Positions 39,893-53,119 of a stretch of 64,000 bases of DNA are shown here, in pieces (positions within the stretch are counted from its first letter, which is position 1; the number at the start of each line of letters is the position of its first letter). Where the stretch lies: NCBI GenBank assembly GCA_013265495.1, contig MU058451.1, positions 2,475,305 through 2,539,304 on the forward strand. The letters run 5' to 3'. Origin of the DNA: Vicugna vicugna. Taxonomy: Eukaryota. Both the position numbers and the translations under genes were made by a program. The notes below the pieces were generated by a model. That model did not search any database, was not told the DNA's origin, and saw nothing but the letters and a program-made list of their open reading frames with translations.

Positions 39893-40181
39893 CAGTCTAC
39901 ATTCTGCAATTCAGGACAATGAAGAAAGCCTGAGAAGTATGCAAAAATTAGGTCCATATTTTAAATCTGCAGGCAATCAAGCCAGCAACCAGGCTATGCA
40001 ATCACGATCACTTGCAAGACCATTTAAACTATTTTTTAGTTGTAACTGTTAGCAGTTTCTTATGACTGTAATCTTTTTAAAAAATATCTTCCACTTCAAA
40101 AATTAACTGCATGTGTACATTAACTTTTTTTTTTGTCTACTTACAGCTAGGTGCTAGCTATGCCAGGTTAAAATTGTCTTC
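39893..40181. repeat. Inverted duplication, right arm (presumed original locus)
   Basis: For example ttttgtctacttacagctaggtgcta here versus tagcacctagctgtaagtagacaaaa in the left arm. Confidence 0.93.
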
Positions 40182-42805
40182 TTTCCCATTTACAATTCTG
40201 CCTTCTCTTCATTTTTGTACGCTATGGTTCTAAGTTAATTTCATAGTATGTACCCAAATAATGGTTGGCTAAAACTTTGTTCTTTTCAACTACAGTTTGC
40301 GAAATAATGTAAAGTTTAACCAAAAAAGCAGTGAAGAGTCACTTTATGATGACATTCTGTTTTCTTCAAAGTAATATGTTACCTTTTCAGATGTTATTCA
40401 AGATGATTAATCTTTTTACAGAATGCAGATAACTAAAGATACTCAATATTATAAACTGATAGGGTGCCCTAAATAACAAGATGGAAAATGAGTTGCTCAA
40501 GGTCAGATAATCTGGCAGTGAGGCAGGGAGCACTGGTGGTCTCTCGAATTCCTGTTCCCCCACGTGCCATCCTGAGAGACTCCTGCTCTAATCTCTGCCT
40601 GTGAAAAGGACACAGGGATGTGCCCCAGGATGGGAACCACCTAGCGCAGAATTTCAGACTTAAGGAACTGATTAAAGAGAAGAGAATTTAACCTAAATGT
40701 TACCATAATACATGAATTTAAATTACTTTTCTGGTAATAGATTCATTATAGAGACACTTTTTTCCTAATGTAGTACTGAAGTGGCTACGGGCTGGATCCG
40801 GAGGCTTCGGGGGCTCCACTAGAGAGAACCATCCCTGGGGCAGTGACACAGGTGCTTGTCAGGGCCACGCTGCCCCAGCATCCGCGAGAGCCTGCCGCAG
40901 GGTCCGCTTGGCTTTGGGAGGAAGGAGCCCCCGTACCGGCTTCCTCATTTCCTCACAGCTGGGAGGGGTGAGGGATCATCCTCCTTTCCAACCCTCAATG
41001 TGAATGACTGTAGACCAGAGGAAGTCCTAAAGTGTTCGCGATTTGGTTAAATTTTAAGCTGGCTTCAAATAACTTTATCACTTCCAACAGGTTTAAAGAA
41101 AATCTTTTACGCATTCTTACATGTTTCTCATCACTGAACCTCATTGGCCTCTTCGTGACATCTCTTCCTCTACTTGCAAAGGAGTTCCAAACCCCTTAGC
41201 AAGTTAAAAAAAAAATCAACAGACATAAAGATGAGGGCCAAACATAACCGTTTAATGATGGAGTCTGCAGATTACCTATAGTGTGTTTTCATGTTAAAAC
41301 CATCACGTTAACAAGTATCTGACTTCCATATTCAAATATGTCATGTTCATATTCTTTGAAAAAAATTTCTAGTACCAAAGGTAACTATTCAAGTATAAAC
41401 CATATATATTCTTTGATCATTTGTACATCTGACAGATAAAAAGTATAAGAATGGAGTTTCTGGCAAACCTACACAGAATTAAGTAATTTTTATTTAAAAA
41501 AAAAAGAGAGAGAGAGAGAAGGCATGGAAGGAAATTAACATTCATTATGTGCCTACTAAGAAAGAGGTACTGTGCTCAGTACTTTACATAAAACTGAAAT
41601 CAATTTAATGCTTCTTACATTCCTTTATCAAGTGTAATTATAACCCTATATACTCAAACATCAAAGGAATTCAAAACAAACTCTCTGAGAATCCTGAACT
41701 AATTCCACTGCCTCTTTGGGCAATGTGCTAAGCCTATCACACTCATCATCCTTACATCCATAGACAAAAGGCCCAGAGTAATGTTATACTATTTAAATTA
41801 TTCCCAGAAAGTAACTCATGAATACCATTACCTCACTGAAATAGTCTTTACAAGAGGCTAGTTTTAATGATCCAAGAATTCAATTCTCATAAGCATGCTG
41901 TGGTAAGAGTTTGTTATGAATTTCATTACACATCAAGAGATGAGCTGCTAATATCAAAGAATACTCTTCACTACAGCAATTTACATATTTAAGCATATTT
42001 AGCTTCCAGAGGTTATAAGGAAGAGAACTAGGGTTAAAAATGAGATAGATTTGCTTTCACTGGGGACTTCACTTCGACACGGTCTTCACTGGGTGGCTGT
42101 TCCATTTGACTGATATACAGCAATAGATGCATATTTTGGGAGAGGTAGGGAGGAAATTTCGGAAATATGTCTATGCTTCCAATGTGTGATCACAGCTTGA
42201 TCACGTACCTTTGGAAAAAAAATAACCTGAAGTGGATTTTTAAGTGTCTGATAATACTATACTTGGAATAAAACTATGAACAATTTTATTCTTACATTTC
42301 TGATATTTCAATTAGTGACTTTAATAAAATATTAAAAAGTCTAATGACTCAGCACAACCTGAAAAATGTTTATTTCAATGTTAAATGAAAACACAGTACA
42401 AACTTTGATCTACATTATAATTACGTGAAAGTGTCTGTGTACCTAAAAAGAGGAACTGTGAATATAGTTGATGCTGGATTATAATGAGCTGGTAGGTAAT
42501 GGTTTTTCTCTTTTGATTCTTTTATATTGTAATAATGTCACCATAAAAACAACTTTAAAAAAAGAAGGTTATCACTACGTGGATAAAACAGTGCTCTGTC
42601 TGCAATGACTTAACCATGTTAGGGAGATACGTACCTGTGTCTTCTGTCAGTTCCAGGAAAGTAAACAGCACAACTTCCATGTATCCCTCACAACACCTAA
42701 CGTGGCATCTCAGACCCAAACAGACCCAGCAGATACCCAGTGAAGGACAAATCACCGAACCACAGATGAACACCAAGTGTAGTTAAGATAAAAGTAGAAA
42801 CTTAC

Positions 42806-42866
42806 TGTTATTTGTTGGTTCAGGGAACCCAGCCTTTGGACCACTCCATCCTTTGTTTTCCCCTGT
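42806..42866 (-). CDS. STAU2: STAU2 internal coding exon (61 nt)
   Basis: ttttcag|ACA GGG GAA...AAT AAC A|gtaagt; TGENKGWSGPKAGFPEPTNN plus 1 nt, and the phase matches the next exon (A+CT = Thr). Confidence 0.95.
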
Positions 42867-43561
42867 CTGAAAAATTGAATTAATTATTTAAATCCAGGGA
42901 AAGATACTTATTAAAAAAAAAACCAGTTATCTAATCAATTAACCAAGAGCAAAGATTATTCTGCTTATTTCTCTCCAATCTGACGCCTGGACCATGGATA
43001 CAAGAATAACTAACATGAACAGTACCATCTATCCCTTTTCTACGTTTGAATGTGTTTCTTCGGTGTCCTGCCTTTATCTGTTTATTTAAATTTACAATTT
43101 AAGTTATCAAGAAAGTTCCATACTGAGTACATGTATTATATACAACCTGGGCTCCATCAAGGTGGTTAAAGAGTAAATAACTATTTTTCAGTGAACAATA
43201 AATCATCCCAAGTGCTAAGGTGACTAGAAGAGCTTCTTTATCACTTCTAAGGTCAAACAGAAATACTACTATGTCTGTTCTGGAAAAGTCCTGACAAGGG
43301 TCACCAAATACTGCTAATGACATATACAAAAAATTGAAAACTAAACCTTAACTTTAAGTAAAATTTGGAGTATCTTGCCTTTTGCCAGATGACTTGATTA
43401 ATGTTTAGTGTAAAATACATTTTGAACTCAGACATTTTGAAGTAGTAAGAATTTTAATCTAACTAATAAGTGACTTTAACTTGCTGTGTTCGCTTTTTGC
43501 AGAGCTGGCATAAAGCAGCCTTGCGGGGAGGCTTCTTTTCTATTATAATCAGTACTTCATA

Positions 43562-43647
43562 TATGTATGTGTATGCATGACTGCGACATTGTGCTGTACA
43601 CCAGAAACTGATACATTGTAACTTAATGGTACTTCAATTTTTAAAAA
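43562..43647 (+). mobile_element. Short L1 3' end
   Basis: gtatgcatgactgcgacattgtgctgtacaccagaaactgatacattgtaac; diverged TSD aatcagtacttcat / aattagtattttat. Confidence 0.65.
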
Positions 43648-43775
43648 TTAGTATTTTATACTTATGTAATCAGGTATCAAAGATCAAAGGGATAAATTAA
43701 ATCTATATATAAACACAAACTACAGTTCTAGCAAGTAGTTTGCACCCATGAAAGGGTGAGGGAGAAGGAAATACA

Positions 43776-44325
43776 TGTAAATGAGGTGGGAAGCCCCATA
43801 AAAAAGACCGGCAGGACTCCCAGGCAAGGCCACTACTCTCCTGCCAGCACCATCTGGTTCCCTGGCCCAGGGGCTCTATCTCACTTTTTGCCTCTCAAAC
43901 AGCTTACTTCTAGGAAAGTGGAAGTTACCCCTAAAATTCTACTGGTTCCCTGAGCTCACTCCTGATTGGTCCATTTCCCTCACTCCTGATTGGTCCATTT
44001 GTAGTACTTGATTTGCATGCAGCTCACTCATGATTGGTTATTTCTCTCCCTCCTGATTGGCCAATTTCTACAAAGCTTGTTCCTAATTAGTCAACTTTTG
44101 TTATACCTTATTTGCATTTGATGTTGCAAAGTGTAAACTGGCAGCCTATAAAAGCCTGTGTAAACCTACAGCCGGGGTCCAGAGCTTGGAGTGTTAACTC
44201 CTCTGGGCCCACTGGCGTAATAAACCTGAGTTCTCCAACTCTCCGAGTACTGCTTGGTCTCTTCTGGATCCAGGATGCCGTCACAACTGAGCTGTAACAC
44301 TGAGCTATAACACTGAGCTGTAACA
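43776..44325 (+). mobile_element. Solo ERV LTR, antisense to STAU2
   Basis: TG...CA ends (left end uncertain, possibly 43757), repeated ctgattgg CCAAT boxes, TATAAAA 44147-44153, AATAAA 44219-44224, and three ctgagct(g/a)taaca copies at the 3' end. Confidence 0.85.
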
Positions 44326-44849
44326 CGTTTTTCTGAAACACAGATGCAGGGCTATGCTGATGAGAAGGAGGAGACTCCCACTTACATGTTCTCTGTGAAG
44401 CACAAGATCACAGAATGAGAGGAAAGCTGACTGAGGAGGGTTATAAGCATGAGGAAAGTGGACGCAGTAAGGATTAAGTCACTTCAGGGAAGGGAAGAGC
44501 TGGCTGATAAAGAGCTGGCTGATTCTCAGGCATTTGAGGGCTCAAGTAAAGTTGGTAATAATACACCTAGCATTTCATTCCTCCTTTTCTCTCCCTCTAT
44601 TAATAACTAAGGATATTTAAATATTAGATTTTATTCCTTAAGCCTAATTTTTCACCTTCAACTGAATCCCAAGCCTGCTGCTCTCTGATTTCTACCACAA
44701 CACCTCTTATGAAACTGCTTCTGTAAGGTTTGCTCACACATGACAGAGTGAACACAAGGAGTAATCTCTTCTCTCCCCAGATGTCTCTAAATTGATAATT
44801 CAATAAATTCTCTCTCCCTCCCTTTCCCCCTACCCTGCCCTACCCAACA

Positions 44850-46420
44850 GAAGAAGAGATAAGTCAATCAAAGTCTGCAACCTGGAAAGCAGATAAACAA
44901 GTTGTAAACTAACTTAGCAGATGTCAGCAGGCTGAAACCTAACCTGCTGAGTGAAAAGCCAACAAAGAGCTTGCAAAGAGTGAAGTGATTTGCTCCCCAG
45001 GACTGCAGAAAGCCTCAGCAATCAGAAGCACACCTGGCACTTCCGTAGATGAACCCTGGAAGAGCCTGAAAACAGAGAGATCGTTTGGAAGTTGTTCAAA
45101 ATGCTACAGAATTGCCTGGTCACCTCTTTGACACCAAAGAGGCAGATTTCCTAAAAGCTTCGTCTTCAGAAAGGCTTAAACAGAGACCTTACATACCAGG
45201 TACAGCTGAGGATGGGATCCACATGCCACACTGCAAATAAGGAGCTGGAATCCAAAATCATATCCTGGAAGATAAGGTCCCCAGCTCCCTTCCTCACTAG
45301 GCCTCAGAAGACAACATCCAGGCCTCTGCTCCACAAGAAATGGTGAGGACAATACAGGGAACAGAGTAAAGCTTCAAAAACCAGGTTAAAAACAGAAGTT
45401 CTCAGAGAGAGAGAGAAACACTATACCCACTAAACAAGACTAGGAGGTTATAAAAAGGAATATTCTGAGAATGAAAAAGAGCTCTGGGAAATAAAGTAAA
45501 AATTTTCAAAGGAGGACTGGAAGATAAGATTGAAGAAATCTCCTAGAAAACAGAACAAAAAGAAAAACAGACAGAAATAGAAAAGAAAGAACGAATGGGA
45601 AGATCATCCATTAGACTAACAGGTATCCCAGAAAGAAAGAAGAGCAAAAATGGAAGCAAAGAAATTATAAAAGAAATAATATGAGACATTTCCCCCTTTC
45701 AAAGTATATGAATTTCTGGATTGAAATGCAAACACTCAACACAATTTGCCAAAACTACACAACTCAGGTCAATCACCCATGAAATTTCAGAACTCCTGAG
45801 AAAAGAAGTTAGAAAAGCATTGAGAGAAAAGAAACGTAAAAGTTCCATACATGCACTGAAGAATAAGAGGGCTTTGGAGTTTCAACAGTAACGTGCAGAG
45901 GTAGAAAACATCAGTGCAACACCTTTAAAACTCTGTGGGAAAAAAATATTTCCAATTTAGAATTATATCTCAGAAAAACTATTAAGTGTGTGGGAAATGT
46001 AAAGATGTATCAGACCTACAAGATCTCAAAAAAAATTTACTCCCCGTGTATCCTCTGTCAGAACGTGACTAAAGCAAAGACTCCAACAACACAAGGAAAT
46101 AAATCAAGGACAAGGGAAACTGATCAAAAAACAGGCAACTCAACAAGAGAGAGAGGCAAAAGGAATTTTCAGGGAAATGGTGAAGAGAAGAACCAAAATA
46201 GTGGGTCTGCAACAGATCTCTCAAACATACAATCCGAAGTAGGAGAGGAGGATAAAGAGCTCCAAGAAAGAAAGAAAAAAAAAGAAACTAAAAAAGCACA
46301 TGATGTGTTCGCTGGCAGAGAGCTTCGGGATAAGTCAGAGAGATGTAGAAAAATATACATGTGGAGTATGTATATGACAGTCAGATCTTCCTTTTCCATA
46401 GTAGGAACTTAGATAATATC
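44850..46420 (+). mobile_element. Degraded L1 5'/ORF1-like region
   Basis: A-rich ORF1-like stretch: aaagagctctgggaaataaa...gaagataagattgaagaaatctcc...aaagaaattataaaagaaataat. Confidence 0.6.
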
Positions 46421-46739
46421 TAAAAAGGAAAAATCAAGAAATTGCAGTACAAGCTACTGACAGTAGAAAATAACAAAATAAACACCTAAAACAGGTAGTA
46501 AATGGTTGCTTCTTATAAATCTTGAGTCTTTACACCATTAATCTTGAATAAATCTTAACTTCTTATACATATCTGAGTATTACTTTGACCGATATATAAT
46601 TATAAAGTATAAAAAAGAATGAAGCTCTTGCCAGTTATATCTTTATGTAGAACAAATTCCAAGATAGAAGTGAACCCCAACAGGTAAGTAAAAGAAAAAC
46701 AAAAAACACGATCAGTTTTTTTTTTAAAAGATGGAGAGA

Positions 46740-49700
46740 GTGTTCCACTTTTCCTTAGAATGTAGAAATGTAACAATGAGAAAGAGCCAGACAATGTAAA
46801 AAAAATCATAACTTTTCTCGAACTTATCAGACATCTGAGATTGTAAAGCAAACAAATGAAATGAATTCCAGAGAGTGACAAAGCCCTCTAAGGAGAGGCG
46901 AGGCTCACAAAATGTTTCAACTTTGGCAGAGCTAGAAAGCAAGAGTTGAATGCCAAAAATGCAGGTAAGAAGAAAGCAGATGAAATGTTAATAAATTCTA
47001 AAAGACTGCATGTGGGTTAGCACAACAGTTTAGAAAAACTGGGACTCCAAACAGAAGTGTTTTTCCATGGGCCTCCCCTGGGAACTCAGGAGGACAATTG
47101 GACATACATCAAGAAAACAGAGCGGCCCACTCAGTGGTGCAGGTATGCGGCAGGTCAATGTCTGCCACTGAGAGAAAAGCACAGGACTTTGCACACTCCT
47201 CTTTCATACAAATAGTTCAAGCCATTAGAGAAAGGGGAAAAGCAAATCCTATCTGCCTCTGGGACAGAGGCAGGAAATTCTGTTGCCCAAAGCCTCAGGC
47301 AAAGACTCACTACTTTTGGAAAAGGATTAGAAGCAAAAGCTACCTGCCCCTGGGGGAAAAGAGGGTAGGGTAGAAAACCCTCTTGAGAGCAAGGCCCTGC
47401 ACCAATATAAAGCAGATGTCTGAAAATGCTGGGAAAAGGGGCTGGAAGCTCTCTTGCACCCAAGACAATCCACAGATCCAAAGTAAAGTCTGGCTACCAT
47501 GGGGAAGGAGGCAGAAACATTAAGCAACACACACCTCTGAGACCCAGGCACACACAGTCTGTCTGAGAATGAAGCTGGACAAGAAAATCAAGAACTACGC
47601 TCCCAGACGCAACACAATCCTACAATTGAATAATAAGCAACAGCAACTGACTACAAAGCATAGAGAGATCCTTCACCCCATGGCATAGCAAAGAAGAGAC
47701 TGGTGAAACCTGAGGGTAGAGCAGAAGCCCTCCCCAAACCTCAGCCCACACAAAACAGAGACAGCAGCAAACCACTGCTAAAGAAATTTGACGTCAGCAG
47801 TGACTACAGCAACAATAAAACCCACAACAAGCTCAACTATTGACTAGATCGATGCCACCCTCCATATTAACAGTCTGACAGACGACGAGACATGCCTATT
47901 TCTCAACGTAAATACTATTTAATTCAGCCTCTACTGTTTCTCAATACATGATGTCCAATATTGATTCAAAAATCATAAGACACCCAAAATTGCAAAAAGA
48001 ACTGAACTACTGTCAAAAGATAAAGACCCATAAACCCACAGCCTAGAAATCTAAGAAATAAATTTAAAAATATCTATTATTGGTAGGTTAAAAGATCTAA
48101 TGTAAAAGGCAGACAACATACAAGGACATTTGGAAAATTTCAGTAGAGAAACAAACTACAGAACAAAATCAAATGGAAGTCCTGGGGGGAAATTATCTTA
48201 GATGAAAATTAGTGTTGAAGTCGTTATTAACAAATGGACACAGCTGAAGAAATAATCAGTCAAACTGCAGATAGGTCGATAGAAATTACTCAAGGTGAGA
48301 CACAGGGAAAAAAAAAGATTGAAAAATTAAAAGGAACAGAAAGGAACAGGAGTTATAAGACAATATCAATGGTCTAACAAATGTGTAACTGGAAGCTCCC
48401 AAGGAGAGCAAAAACAAGGAAGAAATATTTGAAAGGCTAACAGCTGAGAATTTGACAAAATAACTGAATGACAACAAATTACAGATCCAATAATGTTCAG
48501 AGACCACTCACCAGGAAAAATACCGAAAGGAGAAGAAACAAAGGAAGAAGAGGAAGAAAAGGAGGAGAAACTGAGAAACGGGAGACGAAGGAAGGGGGAG
48601 AGGGCAGAAGAGAAGGAGGAAGAAAGAATCAAATTTAGACACATCACACATTGGTGAGAATTAATGAAAATTTTGAAGGCCTTCAGAGGGGAAGAAAAAG
48701 CACAGCAAGAGGAAAAAGTAGATAAGAATTATGGCACACCTCACATAAAGGCAAGAAAGCAAGAAAAATGAAAGTATACAGACTAGCAAGGGAAAAAACT
48801 GTCTTTATTCAAATACGGCACAATCACCAATACAGAAAATTGAAAAAAAAATCTACAAAACAAGCTACCCTACTGATAAGTCATTTCATCAATGTTACAG
48901 GATACAAGGTCAATATATAAAAGCCAATGGTATTTCTACCAACTAAAAAAGAAGAATTGGAAATTGAAACTAAAAACTAGTACCATTAATAATAACATCA
49001 ACAAACATGAAACATTTAGGGATAAACATAAAAAATGTGCAAGATATTTCTATGAAAAGGGACAAAACATCACTGGGACACCCAAAACCTAAATAAACAG
49101 AGAGCTAGATCTTGTTCATGGGTTGAAAGATTCAATATTCTTAAGATACCAGTTTATGCAAAACTGATCTACACAGTCAACACAATCCCCACAAAAAATC
49201 CCAACTGGATATTTTTTGGTAGAAATTGATCCTACAATGTATTATCAAAGACTCTATGCTAGCCAAAATGAATTTTAAAAAGCCAAACAAAGATGGAGTT
49301 CTTAATTTGATTTCAAAACTTACCCAAAAAGCTACACTCTATATATAGTTGTAATAGCTGAAGAACAGACATACAAATTAATCGAACAGAATAGAGAATC
49401 TAGGAACAGACCCACACTTATATAGTCAATTGAGTTTCAACAAATGTGGTAAGGAATTCAATGGAAAAAGCACTAATCTTTTAAACAAATGGTGCTAGAG
49501 CAATTGGATAACCTATGAAAAAAAGGAGGAGAGAGGAAGGGAGAAGAGGGGAGTCCTTATTCTGATAAAGGACTGGCATCCAAAATATACAAAGAACTTT
49601 TACAACTCAATAATAAGAAAGTAAACCACCCAATTTTTTAAAACACTAAAGTTTTGAACAGATACTTCAAGGAAGAGATACGAATGGTAAATAAACAGAT

Positions 49701-50360
49701 GATAAGCTACTCAGCATTATTAATTAGAGAAAATGCAATTAAAGTCCAATGAGATAACATTATACACGTACTAGTATGATCAAAGCTATCAAAACTGACA
49801 ATACCAAGTGATGGAGAAGATGTGGAGTAACTGGAAATCTCAAACACTGCTTGCGGAAATGCAAAATGCAACAGCCTCTCTGGAAAGTATCTTCAGTTTC
49901 TTATAAAGTTACAAGTGTACTTATTTCATGAATTTGTACCTATAGGATATATGTACAATAAAGACTTAAACATGAATGTTTATGATCACTTTATAATAGC
50001 CTCCAGCTGGAAACAAATCAAATGTTGGTGAGGAATAAAACAATAAACAATAAAATAAAAAATACTAATGATAAATGCAAGACATGGACAAATCTCAACA
50101 ATAAGAAGCCAGACACAAAAGGCTACCCAACATATGATTCAATTTATACGACATGCTGGAAGAAGGCAAAATTATGGAGATGGAAATTAGATCAGTGCTT
50201 GTCAGGGGCTGGGGAAAGGGAGGACATTTACTACAAATGGGCATTAAGAAACTGTATGGGGGTAGCAGAAATGTTATAAGTCTTAATTGTGATGGTGGTC
50301 GTTGAGTGTATACACACACATACTTGTCAAAATTCACTGGACCGCAACTCAATAAATCTG
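46740..50360 (+). mobile_element. Degraded L1 with 5' region, ORF1, ORF2 and 3' UTR fragments
   Basis: ORF2-like caggatacaaggtcaatatataaaagccaatggtatttctac, ttcatgggttgaaagattcaatattcttaagat, aacaaatggtgctagagcaattggata; 3' UTR at 50100-50360. Confidence 0.8.
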
Positions 50361-51294
50361 AATTTTTTTTATAGCGGGGATATATTAGTGCATACACATA
50401 AAATATCTCTGTAAGCATATTTATTGCATTTTTATTTATCAAATCCTTATATAAGATTCACCATATTTCAGACACTATTCTAAATGCTGTATAAATATTA
50501 ACTCATTGTGGGAGATGCCTTTAGAGGAGAAACCAAGAGACTGAGGGTCTCAGGGTGAAGTGAGACGAACATTTTTTTCACTGTTTACTCTTTTGTGCTA
50601 TTTAAATTCTTTTAACTATGTACCTATCTTGCTTATTTCTTTTAAAAAGCCAACTTTTAAAAAATTGCTTTCACAGGTTTATTTTTTACATTCTCCAAAG
50701 ATCTTATTGATAAATCAACGTACACAGTCCTCTTCTCTGATCTCTGCAGCATATGACTGCCAGCTCTGTCTCAAAGTCATCCTCTCTTCCCCTTCTGTGC
50801 AGGTATTCTTCCCTCCTCCCTCTTCCTGTGTCCCCTGTGCACGTTATCTGCCACTGAAATCTTACCATGCACACTCTAGAAGGATCCCTGGTGTCTTTCT
50901 CCTCCTCTACCACCACTGTCTTAGTTCAGACCCTCAGCATCTTTTACCTTAGCATTTCTGCTAACACTGGCCTCCCTGCCTCCAGTCCTCTCCTGCCAAA
51001 TCCGTTCACTCCATTATACAGGACTGTCTTTTGAAGAAGGCAAACCAGATCATGTCACTTTCATGTTCAAATCTCAATTTAATAATTCAGAAGCTCCTTA
51101 CTTCACATAAAAACAGTGGTCTCAGCTATTCCTGACTTTCCAGATTCATCTTCACACATCCTATAATTTTAATTATACTATAATTTTTGTTGTATGATTA
51201 AAACTCCTCACCCCCTAACACTTACTGGTCAGGTTCCTGGAGTGCAGGGACCAAATTCCAGTCATCTTATTCTAAGTGTTTGGCATTTAGTGGG

Positions 51295-51690
51295 TGTGAT
51301 GGTTAATTTTATGTGTCGACTTGTCTGGGCTACAGTACTCAGATATTTGGTCAGACATTATTCTGGGTGTTTCTTCTTCTGGAAGAGATTTAAATCACTG
51401 AACTCCGAGGGAAGCAGATGGCTCTCTATAACGTGGGTGGGCCTCGTGAGTGGAAGGCCTCTTAAGCTGCCCTTCCCTGGAGCAAAAGGGAGCTCTCCAG
51501 CTGACAGCCTGTAGACGCTGCAGCTCCTTCCTGAATCTCCCGCCTGCAGGCCTCCCCAGCAGATTTTGGACTAGTTAAGCCTCCAAAACTGCATGGGCCA
51601 ATTCCTTAAAATTAGTCTGTGACACACACACACACACACACACACATCCTGTCAGCCTCTGTTTCTATGGAGAACCAGGACTAGTAACAC
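51295..51690 (+). mobile_element. ERVL LTR, MLT2-like, with internal (CA)n
   Basis: Starts tgtgatggttaattttatgtgtcgacttg and ends ctgtttctatggagaaccaggactagtaaca, characteristic MLT2 termini. Confidence 0.85.
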
Positions 51691-52933
51691 AGTGAGGAGG
51701 CAAAAAATGTTTTTCAAATTAATGAAATTAATGCTGGTTTTTTTGTCCTGTTTTATTTTCACTTAACTTACAAATAAACCTCTATGAGAAGATTTATTTT
51801 CGCATACTTTTATAAATCACTCACCAGTTTTAAGTCAATATAAATGTGTTAAGTTAAAACAACATACATACAATATAAGAACTACAGCAACTTGAACACG
51901 TGTTAGGTTTCATGTTACAAATACCTTTAAAAGAAGAAAAGTATACACTAGCCAGGTTATAAAAACAGAATTGAAATCTCTAGCAATACCGCATAGACAA
52001 ATAATTTTTTAATCACTCAAAATAATTGCCTAGATATTCATAGTTGCCTTAAAAAGAAAAGTGTATCTAAATGTTTTTAACACATGATTTTGTTTCGACT
52101 CTAAGCTTCACAAATGTGTTTCCGCAGAAACTAAAAATATCCCTGAAACAGAATCCTTATGTGAGAAAATGGCATGGAAAAAAGCATACTGTTTATGACA
52201 TAAATAATCATTAAGCCTGTTGTGTGACTGTTCATACAAATAAAATGTTCAATAAAAATAATTTCTACATATGCATAGATAAAATGATAATTTAATACAA
52301 AATGAAATTAAGCCAGTTCCTGTCAAGTTATCTGCCAAGTCCTAATGTCAGGTGTTAATGATGTCATTAACTGCTGCAGAAGAAATAAGGGACCATGAAC
52401 ACAAGTATTGTCAGAAAATAAACACCTTCTGAGTTTACCTTTAAATTTAAAGTAAATAGAAAAATTAGTTTATATAGTCCTATATAGTTCCTTCCCCAAA
52501 GGAATAACTCAGGATCTTTATTTCCAGTGTTTTCAGCTGTATTCCAGAAATAAAGACTAATAACGTCTATCCTTAAAAAGCACAAATTAAAACTGTCTAT
52601 AGGGCAAAAATCATCAGTCAGTAAGCTAAAAATTATTAAATTGGTATTATATAAAATATGTATAACCATACAACAAACTTTTAGTGTCTGCTAACTGTAA
52701 GGTTATAATTAATATTTCATCTTGACCCCTAAACAGATGTTATCTTCCACCCGGAAAATCTATCTTTAAGGATACGAAGATAAGAGCACTGCCTTAGAAA
52801 AGTTAAAACTTGACATCTACTTGAACATCGGTTAAGACAGTACTTAGAGTCAAGGAATACTGGAACAGAATCTGTTCATCACTTTTAGTTATTCTGACAG
52901 GATAGAATGTGTCCATGTAAATTCAACCCTCAC

Positions 52934-53065
52934 CTTGTCAAGTTGATCTTGAAGACTAGTGGACGCTTTATAACCAAGTTGTAACAGCATTGCTTCCGCA
53001 GCATTTTTTTTGGCTATCTTTTTATTAGGTCCTGTTCCAGTAGCAACTTCATTGCCTACCTTGAC
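52934..53065 (-). CDS. STAU2: STAU2 internal coding exon (132 nt), second half of dsRBD4
   Basis: cttatcag|GTC AAG...GAC AAG|gtgagg; VKVGNEVATGTGPNKKIAKKNAAEAMLLQLGYKASTSLQDQLDK, 44 codons. Confidence 0.97.
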
Positions 53066-53119
53066 CTGATAAGATAAAGTAAGAAATTAATGATTGTTGC
53101 TTTGGTAACAAACCTTAAC

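Noticed and set aside
40780..40960. Modestly GC/CpG-rich patches (also 56815-56910)
   Set aside because: Short and less dense than the 27270-27400 patch; no structure or motif cluster that I can support
43950..44325. Short direct repeats (ctcactcctgattggtccattt; ctgagctgtaaca x3) superficially like an array
   Set aside because: Internal LTR enhancer and U5 repeats with no unique spacers; not CRISPR, and the DNA is mammalian
48525..48630. Purine-rich GA tract giving Ser/Phe-rich ORFs on the minus strand
   Set aside because: Low-complexity expansion inside an L1 relic
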